A stretch of 64,000 nt of DNA from an uncultured Ruminococcus sp. (GTDB lineage: Bacteria > Bacillota > Clostridia > Oscillospirales > CAG-272). Below are positions 37,801-45,801 of this stretch, piece by piece. The stretch's first letter is position 1. The number at the start of each line of letters is the position of its first letter. The stretch lies in the NCBI GenBank assembly GCA_902778145.1, contig CACYWW010000003.1:6633-70632 (forward strand), in the 5' to 3' direction. The notes under the pieces are model-generated. The model ran no database searches. It worked only from the letters and a program-made list of their open reading frames with translations, and had not been told where the DNA came from. The position numbers and the translations under genes were made by a program.

Positions 37801-38284
37801 CACATCCGTTATATATATAACGGAATATATAAAAAATGACGAGGATGATCTGCCTGCGTCTTTCAAGGACGATAAAAGCAGACTGACCTTCCCTATATAC
37901 ACAGCGACTGATTTGCTTGATTTTGATCGTTATTCAAATATCCTGGACTTTTGGACGTCGGAGAAAATCAAAAACTCCGTTATGAAAGAAACGGACGTTA
38001 TGAAATGGGTGAAATTCGATCATGAATTATTCCCCGTTCTCATGCCGTCAAATTCGAAGTACACAATACGCCCAAAATTTGCCCAAACGAACGACATGAC
38101 GGTGTACGGGCTGATAAGCAATATGAAGAACTACAAGGAAACGGATGATACGATAGAGTTTTCACTTGATTTTATATTGAATTATAAAAACGGCACGCAA
38201 AAAAACGCAACTTATACGTTTTTATTTGACAAAACAGACTGCCGCATCATCGGCGGCACGTTCATCGAAGAACATATGAAATAA
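34817..38284 (+). CDS. Putative anti-sigma factor/sensor: short cytoplasmic N-domain, single TM, roughly 1070-aa repeat-built extracytoplasmic region
   Basis: 1155 aa. 11-nt overlap with the sigma gene and a GGAGGCGGG SD. TM at aa 60-78 (LSIAAAVVIILGALIAI), followed by a Thr/Pro/Glu linker. No zf-HC2 (HxxxCxxC) motif was seen. Confidence 0.6.
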   Translation: MSYKYTLRDVLLEESEKEFYSIKPDFDWERSENHKKAINKLFEDKPSVFEKIGSSPLYKGLSIAAAVVIILGALIAIRPVREAVASLFKRTPDTTETGPQTEPGGTDTVSGIITEPADTTGTDVTEPADENGKPPAHLCVTCGDVTVYPDVYLMWTEKYDDKSGGWLSGDGFGTDDHIPLLHGNKISIGYEGYDGRASVSVRLDGNDELISASVDEVNTFLGTADKGVYRFTVSYLLTGRLIDGKYEKTCFQYLFDVEVNNGQETVSFDDKSGSSPVYLSVKSGNNTIYPVSYPGFSEIYDDEEKVWQMCDPIGIGNAENVPLIRYTDSGIFIDYDDRFDGPLDVSGINVVYYINDEEYRINYDDINAFLNSADDGVYRFAVSFIINGRYIDNTYERSEWIYPFDVEVKKETEPVFEDWDKLDIQGRVERAVYEITHYGINYQRFRYLCGDEHEDRIYDDGDGYNLTYESQDNFTYGYFLDLYDTETDPMRKQLMFVYISSFLTGTWNDEEHAVPYTTHYYPHFDYFKAEYLPRFDASWNTEGDKWLHENYYDALCKYARYMTEDEVKTKYAPSYKLLKKYGFNDYADSAKTFEQKAQRTVNEFVNMALSVKYGIAVSDPSSNVYFRFDEGSGRGSVYDIDDAIYTALLKYYTKEELSRFDSAPAVYEQREGIKKIDKWKEYFTSLTTKSIADEFVKESKYFLTTSDGLVLTSDLYYFFNTNNLNAPYLGHIDFETSGVCIYDVDGTGYYTVQFKEENGKVKIVGGTLVTEWLYRTLSPDECAIKDVIMDAEKLFRVIRYGIVSDFRSYSHDITYSIEYGNNKDLPDGLEEKLDLMSTYETSDGKKHYLSNRVIQFSYALYTYDNWIKYFSKILPEKLVREYIKETPYFLIVGESVYLLDGGLQSWYEIDYGTMKYLGEKDGITTVAAVLTGAYGPEIPQNGFEVTFELEKSENGYKIVGGTFIDVFLDSGANKSKAAHAAYELIRVSDTLLCADTSVIYITEYIKNDEDDLPASFKDDKSRLTFPIYTATDLLDFDRYSNILDFWTSEKIKNSVMKETDVMKWVKFDHELFPVLMPSNSKYTIRPKFAQTNDMTVYGLISNMKNYKETDDTIEFSLDFILNYKNGTQKNATYTFLFDKTDCRIIGGTFIEEHMK
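35225..36043 (+). repeat. Tandem duplication of a roughly 125-aa module inside the anti-sigma-like gene (protein-level repeat A1/A2)
   Basis: A1 reads ...VTVYPDVY...VNTFLGTADKGVYRFTVSYLLTGRLIDGKYEKTCFQYLFDVEV. A2 reads ...NTIYPVSY...INAFLNSADDGVYRFAVSFIINGRYIDNTYERSEWIYPFDVEV. Confidence 0.8.
36590..38281 (+). repeat. Three divergent roughly 190-aa modules (B1-B3), each ending in K(I/V)(V/I)GGT(F/L)(I/V)
   Basis: The modules end at NGKVKIVGGTLVTEW (about 37130), NGYKIVGGTFIDVF (about 37715) and DCRIIGGTFIEEHM (38275). They share the E(F/Y)(V/I)KE(S/T)xYFL and WxxYF skeletons. Aligned by eye only. Confidence 0.55.
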
Positions 38285-38289
38285 ACAGG

Positions 38290-38330
38290 AACAACAAAAA
38301 CGCGCCGCAAGGCGCGTTTTTGTTGTTTTT
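38290..38330. terminator. Bidirectional rho-independent terminator
   Basis: aacaacaaaaaCGCGCCgcaaGGCGCGtttttgttgttttt lies between the convergent sigma/anti-sigma unit and the ABC operon. Confidence 0.88.
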
Positions 38331-38338
38331 ATGCGGTA

Positions 38339-39403
38339 TCAGTCCGCGGTCATACCGGAACGCTCGATACCCTGGATAAGGTATCTCTGGCAGAACAGGT
38401 ATATGATGACGAGCGGGAATATGATCATAAGTCCGCAGGTGTTCCTTATTGCCGCGTTGTACATAGTCGTACCGGCATACGTCATATTCAGTGACTCCGG
38501 TATGGCTATGACGTTCTTCATAAGCACTATCGACGTCCTTGTGAAGAACAGCGAGGTATAGAACGTATCAGTCCACTGCCATGAGAACGCGAACAGGAAG
38601 ATCGTTATCATCATAGGCACGGAGAGCGGCAGTATGATCTTCATAAAGGTCTTGAATATGCCGGAACCGTCTATATATGCGGATTCTTCAAGCTCGTTCG
38701 GAACGCCGCGGTAGAACTGGCGCATCATGAATATGTACAGACCGTTCTTGAACGCAAGTCCCGTTGCCGAGAGAAGTGCGAGAGGCCAGTATGTATTCGT
38801 GAGGTTGATGCTCGTTGCGCCGCCGGTAATATTAAGCTGGGGAAGGAGGCGTGAACCGCCGCCGAGCAGCTTCATTATGCCGAGCACGTCGAAATAACGG
38901 AACTTCATGAACAGGGACAGCTGCAGCGTCTGGTGCGGGATGATCATCGTGAAGATGACGAGCACGAACATGAGCTTGTTGCCCTTGAATTTGAACTTTG
39001 CAAGACCGTATCCGATCATTGCACAGACGAATGTCTGTATCAACGCGGCGGAGATGGACAGAAGAGCCGTATTTCCGACAGCCTGCATATACTTGTTCTC
39101 AAGGAATATGTATTTGTAGGTGTCGAACGTGAAGTTCTTCGGTATGAGCTTGACCGTCGCGTCAACAAAGTCCTCGGGACCCATGAACGACGAGGCGATT
39201 TTCGTGAAGAACGGGAACAGAATGATATAGGAGATACCGATCAGTATGACGTAGCGGAATATCGCCCAGATGACCTTCGTAAGAAAGTACTTGTTGAGGA
39301 ATTTCGCCTTCATTCTTTCCCAGAACGGTGTTCTGTCGAAATCCACCTTTATGGTGTTTTTCGTTTCTTTTCTTACTCTGGGTGTAGATTGTGTGTTATT
39401 CAT
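38339..39403 (-). CDS. Carbohydrate-type ABC transporter permease (MalG-like), pair 2
   Basis: The start was moved to the ATG at 39403 (AAGGAGG SD). EAA-loop motif ESAYIDGSGIFKTFMKIILP. About 6 TM segments. Confidence 0.85.
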   Translation of the reverse strand: MNNTQSTPRVRKETKNTIKVDFDRTPFWERMKAKFLNKYFLTKVIWAIFRYVILIGISYIILFPFFTKIASSFMGPEDFVDATVKLIPKNFTFDTYKYIFLENKYMQAVGNTALLSISAALIQTFVCAMIGYGLAKFKFKGNKLMFVLVIFTMIIPHQTLQLSLFMKFRYFDVLGIMKLLGGGSRLLPQLNITGGATSINLTNTYWPLALLSATGLAFKNGLYIFMMRQFYRGVPNELEESAYIDGSGIFKTFMKIILPLSVPMMITIFLFAFSWQWTDTFYTSLFFTRTSIVLMKNVIAIPESLNMTYAGTTMYNAAIRNTCGLMIIFPLVIIYLFCQRYLIQGIERSGMTAD

Positions 39404-39416
39404 GTGATCTGCCTCC

Positions 39417-40400
39417 TTAATCCCTTCTCTGATAGAAGACGAACGCGGACATGAACGCGGCGGCAAGCAAGACGAACACGATGACTATCGCAAAGTAGAT
39501 CCATGCCATAGCGACCGAGAGCGTGTCGTTGCCGGCTTCGCCGTACACCTGGTTGATGTACGACATGACCGAGTTGGTCGATGAGGTGAAAGCGTCGATT
39601 ATCGTGTAAATGAAGTTTACGAGGATCATCGGGCTTATCATCGGGAAGGTGATCTTCCAGAACGTCTCCCACGCGGATGCGCCTTCAACGTTGCAGGATT
39701 CGTAGATAGCCGGGGATATAGACTGCAGGCCCGCGAGGAATATCAGCATCTGTACGCCGGAACGGTTGACAATGTTGTAGATCTGGTTGACTATGTTCGT
39801 GACGTACTTTGCCAGTCCGCCGCCGATCTTCATACTTCCGAAGAGGTATTCTATATCCATGGCGGACACTATTTCAGCGACGCTTGTAGACTTTGCCGCG
39901 TTCGTACCTATACCGTCCGTATCGGACATATAAGTCATAAGACTGGTGTTGCTCAGGTCGATCTGAGCTATAAGACCGGTGGAAAGTATGACCGGTACGA
40001 AGAAGATCGCACGGAACGCCGCGCGTCCGACCATCTTCTGGTTAAGCAGAACGGCGATGAACAGCGAGAATATCAGGATCGCCGGGACGTCGAGCAGGAG
40101 CTGACGGAGACCCGCGGTGAGTATCTGGCTGTAGTTCGGGTCCGAGAACAGCGCCTTCTGGTAGTTGGAGATACCCGCCCAGACGAGCTGGTATGACTCG
40201 CCGGCGTTGATCCTTTCGATCGTCGTCACACTGTAGAGGAACGATTCGAATATGACCGGCAGATATATCACTATGAAGCCGATTATAAACGGAAGGGTGA
40301 ACAGGTAACCGCCGCGCGCCTGCTTCTTTTCAAGCGAATGTGACTTTCTGCGCTTTTTGGTGTTGCTCGTGACGAGCTTTACTTCAGCTTCTTTATTCAT
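39417..40400 (-). CDS. Carbohydrate-type ABC transporter permease (MalF/LplB-like), pair 2
   Basis: 327 aa, polytopic. Motif ESCNVEGASAWETFWKITFP. The start overlaps the upstream stop (TAATG). Confidence 0.82.
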   Translation of the reverse strand: MNKEAEVKLVTSNTKKRRKSHSLEKKQARGGYLFTLPFIIGFIVIYLPVIFESFLYSVTTIERINAGESYQLVWAGISNYQKALFSDPNYSQILTAGLRQLLLDVPAILIFSLFIAVLLNQKMVGRAAFRAIFFVPVILSTGLIAQIDLSNTSLMTYMSDTDGIGTNAAKSTSVAEIVSAMDIEYLFGSMKIGGGLAKYVTNIVNQIYNIVNRSGVQMLIFLAGLQSISPAIYESCNVEGASAWETFWKITFPMISPMILVNFIYTIIDAFTSSTNSVMSYINQVYGEAGNDTLSVAMAWIYFAIVIVFVLLAAAFMSAFVFYQRRD

Positions 40401-43400
40401 TATTCAGCTACCTCCTGCGCAAAATATGATACGAAATTGAGAGCGGGGATGACGCCGTCGTATCCGTCGACCGTAACGTCGTAGTTGTTATAGTTGAGGA
40501 TGAACGTCTTTCCGCCTTCGTAAGTCACGCGGACGATCTTGCCGTTTGCGACAACGTCTTCGGGATTGACCTTCGTTCCGGGATCTTCGCTCTGCTCGCC
40601 TTCGCCTTCCTCAGGCTCGCTCTCTTCCGCGCTGTCGGGTTCAGCTTCGGTCTCGGGTTCGGTCTCCTCCGTCACGGCCGCTTCCGTCACTTCCGTCGGC
40701 TCCGCGGTCTCGCCTTCGATCTCGGCGTCGGTCGTTTCGCCTTCGACTTCCGTTGTTACGGCATCCGCTGTCTTGGCGTCTTCAAGCGCCTTGGACGCGC
40801 TTTCCTCGTCAAGTCTTCTCTGCTCGTCCTCTTCACGTTCTCTGATCTCCTCAGCCGTGAGGACGCGTACGCCGTTCAGGAATTCGTGATTTACGATTAT
40901 CTTGTCCTGAACATCCTTGAGCGCTTCGTTCAGGATCTTGTATTTTTCAACAAGACCGGACTCTGCCCAGATCTTGAAGTTGACTGAATACATCTTCTTG
41001 TATTCGGTGTCTTTCTTGAGTATATCGGTGTTCTCATACGCGAGCATGAAGTACGGGACCGCGCCGTTCTCCACGGCCTTGAGTATCTCGTAATCAATAT
41101 CGCCCGCCATGTTGAGAGCCTCGCCCGAGAACTGAACGTATCCGTGGAGCACCATGCCCATGAAGGGTATCGCTTCACTCGTTCTGAGGTACTGGCTGGA
41201 ATCGAGCGGCGTTGCAAGTATGTAGTCGGCATACTGTACCGAATACATGTTGCCGCCGTTTATCATCACGTTGCCGAAGTCCTCACTGATCTGAGCGAGC
41301 AGATCCTTGATCAGGCTCTTTGAATCTTCTCTGTTGTACGGATCCTTCTTATCGAAGTCGGAGTTCAGATCCGATCCGAGCGTTCCGACGGATATGCCGG
41401 ACGGAGCGTATTTCAGAAGCTTGGGAGCGAAGTGCTCGTAGAAGTAGCTGAATACGGACGTGGATATGAGGTTGGGACCCCATCTTCTCGTCATCTGATA
41501 AGCGGGATCGTAATAGTAGGATCTCGGATAACGGTTATCCATCGTCTTCGCCGCGTGCTTCTTATAGGAGAAGCCGTCGAACATCGACGTGTTGTTGAGG
41601 TACGTGAATTCGAATTCGGGGAAGATCTCTATATCCTTCTCCTTGGCGAATTCCATCAGGTTTTTGAAGCCCTTGGCTCCGCCGACCTTCTTTTCCCATT
41701 TGAGATTGTAAGGTACGGTGGCGTACATACCGCCGTTTGCGTAGCCTGTGAGCTTGAACTTGATGTTCGTTATACCTTTTTCGGAAAGCGTTCCGTACAT
41801 CTCCTTGACGTCATCAAAGGATGTGAGCGGCTTCTTAACCGTTACAGGTACGCTGAGGATCTGGTCTTCGGTCTCTATCGTACCGAGCGTCTCAAGTACC
41901 AGCGGTATATCCGACTTGACGTCGCTTGATGTGAGCCTGTTGAGTACGCCGTTCGATTCAAGGTAATCACGGCAGGCGTTGACCATGCCCATGTAGCTTG
42001 CGGAATAGAATTTGGACTTTTCATCCTTTTCTCCGCTCTCCTCAAGTCCGGCGTAATACTCCGCGACCTTTTCGTCATCGGAAAGCATGAAGTATTTGAC
42101 TGTGTAGTTTCCGGTGTACTTTCTCTTTGCCGAGACTGTCCACATCGCGTCGTCAGCCGCCGCGCCCATAGCCTCACGCAGGCTGTAGGAGTCGGTAGGT
42201 CTGGGGAAGAATTTTGTCTGCACCGTGCTGTAAACGTGCGTCGCACCGGCACCGTTCACGGTGGAGATCTGCGCAAGCGCGTCGCCTTCGGTCAGGATAG
42301 CGAAGTAACCTCTGTTATCCGTGACTTCAGTCGCCTGCATGACCGTCTTTTCCTTGATCAGGAAGCCGAACTGGTCATAAAACCATTCTGATTCGGGAAG
42401 CGGGACCTTGACGGCTTTGACCGTCCTGCTGCTGAAGTTTTCAACAACGCCGTAGACCGGGAATCTCATCATCTGGCGGTGCGCCGGATCCGTGGTGTAG
42501 TATGCGTAGTCGGGTCCGTAGACGTTCGACGTGATGTTCAGAGGTCTGCTGACGTCCTCAAATCTCGTGAGCGTGCCGCTGCCGTCGGGTATCAGGGTGA
42601 AGCCCTTGCGTGTACCGTTGCCGCAGCCGAACCACGGGTTGACCTGCAGATAGTCGAGCGTGTATACGTTCTCGTCGAAGCTTATGCTCTTCGCAGACAG
42701 AGTCTGGTTGAGTCCCGTATCGGTGAGCGTGTACTCTATCGCCATTCTGAACAGAGGCTGAGAAGCCGCCGCCACCTCGAATTCGGTTATATCATGGTCG
42801 TAGTCAAGCTCTTCATAGCTGTAATCCGGGGCGTACATCTTAATGTAACCCTCGAGCATGTTGAACTCACGGTCCTTCGTATCGGTACCGAGGACCCAGA
42901 TGGACGAATACTTCTTCAGTATCGGCCACTGAGCGAGTATCGAATCGCGTCCGCTCTTGCTCAGCGTCGGGTCGTTGATGTTCTTCTCGGAATAGAAGCC
43001 GTTTGCAAACTTGTTGAGAATGAAGTCCCTGTCACGCTCCGAGAGATCCTTTGTGTTCTCACGGATCGGATCGAGGATCATTTCCTGGAAACGCTCGTCG
43101 GTGATCATCTGAGGAACGAGCCATCTCGTCTGAGTCTTGCCGAGTGTGTATTCGACACGGACGCCGTTCTTGATGTTCTTGACGATTATCTGTTCACGCT
43201 TCGCCGCTTCTGTATAGCTGTTGTAAACAGTCGTCTTCGAACCGGTGGTGAACTGAAGGACTATCTGCGACATCAGCTCCGCTTTTGTATCCGCGGAACC
43301 CTTGGTCGACGCTATGTCGTAGGGATTGCTGAACAGGATCTGACCCGTTCTCTTGTCTCTTATGGCGACCTCGCCGTATGTCGCTCTGACGTAAAGCTCG

Positions 43401-43624
43401 TAATTATCGTTTTCGGTACGGAGCTTCATGTCCTTGAGCTTATCCTCGGGCGTCTTGTAGACGACCTTGAGGATGTCTATGCTTTTGTCTTCCGGCTCAT
43501 CCTCTGTTTCGCTTGAGGCTTCGTCGGTCTTCGCCGCTTCGACTCTCATGCGGGGAGTGAGTATCGCCGTGAACACACTTGCCGCCATCAGGACAGCAAG
43601 CAAGGCTGAGAGTATTTTTTTCAT
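40400..43624 (-). CDS. Large secreted protein of unknown function (possibly DUF5696-like, unverified) with an acidic linker and a small C-terminal domain
   Basis: The start was moved to the ATG at 43624 (MKKILSALLAVLMAASVF..., GGGAGGA SD). Signal peptide present. A roughly 90-aa Glu/Thr/Asp-rich tract is encoded at about 40560-40850. Confidence 0.7.
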   Translation of the reverse strand: MKKILSALLAVLMAASVFTAILTPRMRVEAAKTDEASSETEDEPEDKSIDILKVVYKTPEDKLKDMKLRTENDNYELYVRATYGEVAIRDKRTGQILFSNPYDIASTKGSADTKAELMSQIVLQFTTGSKTTVYNSYTEAAKREQIIVKNIKNGVRVEYTLGKTQTRWLVPQMITDERFQEMILDPIRENTKDLSERDRDFILNKFANGFYSEKNINDPTLSKSGRDSILAQWPILKKYSSIWVLGTDTKDREFNMLEGYIKMYAPDYSYEELDYDHDITEFEVAAASQPLFRMAIEYTLTDTGLNQTLSAKSISFDENVYTLDYLQVNPWFGCGNGTRKGFTLIPDGSGTLTRFEDVSRPLNITSNVYGPDYAYYTTDPAHRQMMRFPVYGVVENFSSRTVKAVKVPLPESEWFYDQFGFLIKEKTVMQATEVTDNRGYFAILTEGDALAQISTVNGAGATHVYSTVQTKFFPRPTDSYSLREAMGAAADDAMWTVSAKRKYTGNYTVKYFMLSDDEKVAEYYAGLEESGEKDEKSKFYSASYMGMVNACRDYLESNGVLNRLTSSDVKSDIPLVLETLGTIETEDQILSVPVTVKKPLTSFDDVKEMYGTLSEKGITNIKFKLTGYANGGMYATVPYNLKWEKKVGGAKGFKNLMEFAKEKDIEIFPEFEFTYLNNTSMFDGFSYKKHAAKTMDNRYPRSYYYDPAYQMTRRWGPNLISTSVFSYFYEHFAPKLLKYAPSGISVGTLGSDLNSDFDKKDPYNREDSKSLIKDLLAQISEDFGNVMINGGNMYSVQYADYILATPLDSSQYLRTSEAIPFMGMVLHGYVQFSGEALNMAGDIDYEILKAVENGAVPYFMLAYENTDILKKDTEYKKMYSVNFKIWAESGLVEKYKILNEALKDVQDKIIVNHEFLNGVRVLTAEEIREREEDEQRRLDEESASKALEDAKTADAVTTEVEGETTDAEIEGETAEPTEVTEAAVTEETEPETEAEPDSAEESEPEEGEGEQSEDPGTKVNPEDVVANGKIVRVTYEGGKTFILNYNNYDVTVDGYDGVIPALNFVSYFAQEVAE

Positions 43625-43647
43625 ATTCTGTTTTCCTCCCATCCTTT

Positions 43648-45786
43648 CTAAATTCTGTATGAGATCTCGGTGACTATGTTAGCCACGAAACCTACGATCT
43701 TCTGTATAAGGTTGGTGAACAGGAGCGCCACGAACATTATGAACGCCATACCGATTATGGTGCCGAGCGTGGTGAAGATGTTCTTCATGAACGAATAGTC
43801 GTGAGTTACCTGTGATCCGAAGAACACGAGCATACCGACCCAGACCCACATGACGCCGGTGATCAGTCCGAGGACCTTGCCTTCGGAAAGGCTGAGCACG
43901 TGCGAGAGGATCGTCGCCGGGATGATGCACAGCGGGATCGGAACGAGGGAATAGCAGGTCGCTATGAAGATGTCCTTCAGGCTTCCTTCGCCCTCGAACA
44001 GCGTGGTCAGACACCAGTTCGCTATGACCCAGAGTCCTACCGGTACGACGATCGAGATGATCTGTCCGAATACGCTCTGATATCCTCTGCTCGGGTTGAA
44101 CAGATACGCGGTGCCGATTCCGTTATAGGTGAACGACGCTATCGCTATCGCGAGCCACGTGAGACCGCCTCTGATCGAACCTCTCTTCTCATGCTTGAGG
44201 TCCCAGAAACCGTCGAACGGGTGCATCATAAGGTGGAAGGCAAAGATGACTTCCTCGCCGTAGGATCTGCGTCCGCCGGGTCTCGTAGCGACTTCCTTGT
44301 TCCTCTTTCCGACGAATCTGAAGAAGAAGTACAGACCGACTATGACGACTACCACCACGAGCGGAACGATGAGCGCGTATTTGGCGACCCAGTTCTTTCT
44401 CTGCTGCTTGAAGGCGGTGGAGTAGTTTTCCGTCTCATAAGCCGCCTCGTACATTTCCATGGCGGATTTGTAATCGCCTTCTCTGTAGTACGCCTTGCCT
44501 ATACCGACGTACGCTTCGTCGAAGTTGTTGTTCCTCATGAGGATGCCGCGCCAGTTTTCGGCGGCTTCGTCATAGTTGAGGTTCTTCTGGTTTTCAAGAG
44601 CGCTTATAAGGATGTTGCCGTATTCCGTTCTCTTGAACACCGTTATGTTGTCAGCCGTGTTATCGAGCACGAGCAGGTCGTTGCCCATATATACGACGGC
44701 GTTGACCGTTTCCATGTTGCCGAGCTGGGAGCCCTGGTCACCGAAGATGAACAGAAGGCTTCCGTTTTCATCATAGGTGAATATCTTGGATCTCGTCTTG
44801 TCTATGATGCTCCACGTTCCCTGCGGACCGAGAGCAACGTCGACGATCTTGGACGGACCGTAGATGCTCGTGCTCGTGGATGCGGAGTTGCTTATCCTGA
44901 CCTCACCGGACGGCGGATAGAAGCCGTTGCGCTTCAGTATCTCGTTGCCCTGCGTGTTCAGCATTTTGACCGGAGCGTATTCACCGCTCTTCGATTTGCC
45001 CGTGATCGCCGCCTGCTGAGCGCCTTCATCAAGGTTGATATTCGTGACATAGATCATGCCGTTCTTATCGATCGTGATGTTTTCGTACTCGGACGCGACG
45101 TTCTGCTGCTGCTGGTCGAGCTGTTCCTTTGTCTGGAACCTGCGCCAGAATATCTGCCACGCGGAAAGCGGGGATTTCTGAGCGCCTATGAAGCCCTGGA
45201 AGACGCCGTCGCCGTCCATGGCGATGATGCCCTGATACGTTGAAGCGGAAACGACGTACATTCTTCCGGATCTGTCGACCGCGACCGCCTTGGGACGGTA
45301 GAGGTCGTCGACCGCGAATTCGTCCGCTATCGGCTTTTCGACGATCCTGACAAACTTAGCGTCACGGTCGAACACGACGATCCTGTTGTTGTCCGTATCG
45401 CAGACGTAGATGTTGTTCTCCGTTACGAATACGCCCTGCGGGTTGTTGAACGTGTCCGGGACTCCTTGGGAGTTCGTGAACTTTTCGATGTAGAAGCGGA
45501 GCTTGTAGCGCTTGTTGAGGACCACGATCCTGTTGTTGCCGGCGTCGGCAATGTAGACGTTCTGTTTGTCGTCCACGAACAGGTCTGTCGGGTTCTCGAG
45601 CGCCGGGGTGATGCCCATGGTCGCGCTTGTGACTATCTCATCCGGAACGTACGCGTCCGGAGACTCCATGTAGTTGCCGTTTATATCGTACGTGTACGTC
45701 TGATATGAATAGTATGCCGAGGCAAGCGGCGTTACCGCTAATATCAGCACGAACATGACCGCGGCGGCTCTTATAATATTTTTCAT
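43648..45786 (-). CDS. Signal peptide plus six NHL-repeat propeller plus TPR plus C-terminal Yip1-domain membrane protein
   Basis: 712 aa. NHL signatures (VYIADAGNNRIVVLN, IYVCDTDNNRIVVFD, MYVVSAS...). TPR segment (GIGKAYYREGDYKSAMEMYEAAYE). A TM segment and then a Yip1-like 5-TM block (HPFDGFWDLK...). GAGGAGG SD. Confidence 0.75.
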   Translation of the reverse strand: MKNIIRAAAVMFVLILAVTPLASAYYSYQTYTYDINGNYMESPDAYVPDEIVTSATMGITPALENPTDLFVDDKQNVYIADAGNNRIVVLNKRYKLRFYIEKFTNSQGVPDTFNNPQGVFVTENNIYVCDTDNNRIVVFDRDAKFVRIVEKPIADEFAVDDLYRPKAVAVDRSGRMYVVSASTYQGIIAMDGDGVFQGFIGAQKSPLSAWQIFWRRFQTKEQLDQQQQNVASEYENITIDKNGMIYVTNINLDEGAQQAAITGKSKSGEYAPVKMLNTQGNEILKRNGFYPPSGEVRISNSASTSTSIYGPSKIVDVALGPQGTWSIIDKTRSKIFTYDENGSLLFIFGDQGSQLGNMETVNAVVYMGNDLLVLDNTADNITVFKRTEYGNILISALENQKNLNYDEAAENWRGILMRNNNFDEAYVGIGKAYYREGDYKSAMEMYEAAYETENYSTAFKQQRKNWVAKYALIVPLVVVVVIVGLYFFFRFVGKRNKEVATRPGGRRSYGEEVIFAFHLMMHPFDGFWDLKHEKRGSIRGGLTWLAIAIASFTYNGIGTAYLFNPSRGYQSVFGQIISIVVPVGLWVIANWCLTTLFEGEGSLKDIFIATCYSLVPIPLCIIPATILSHVLSLSEGKVLGLITGVMWVWVGMLVFFGSQVTHDYSFMKNIFTTLGTIIGMAFIMFVALLFTNLIQKIVGFVANIVTEISYRI

Positions 45787-45801
45787 TTATTATATACCTC
45801 C

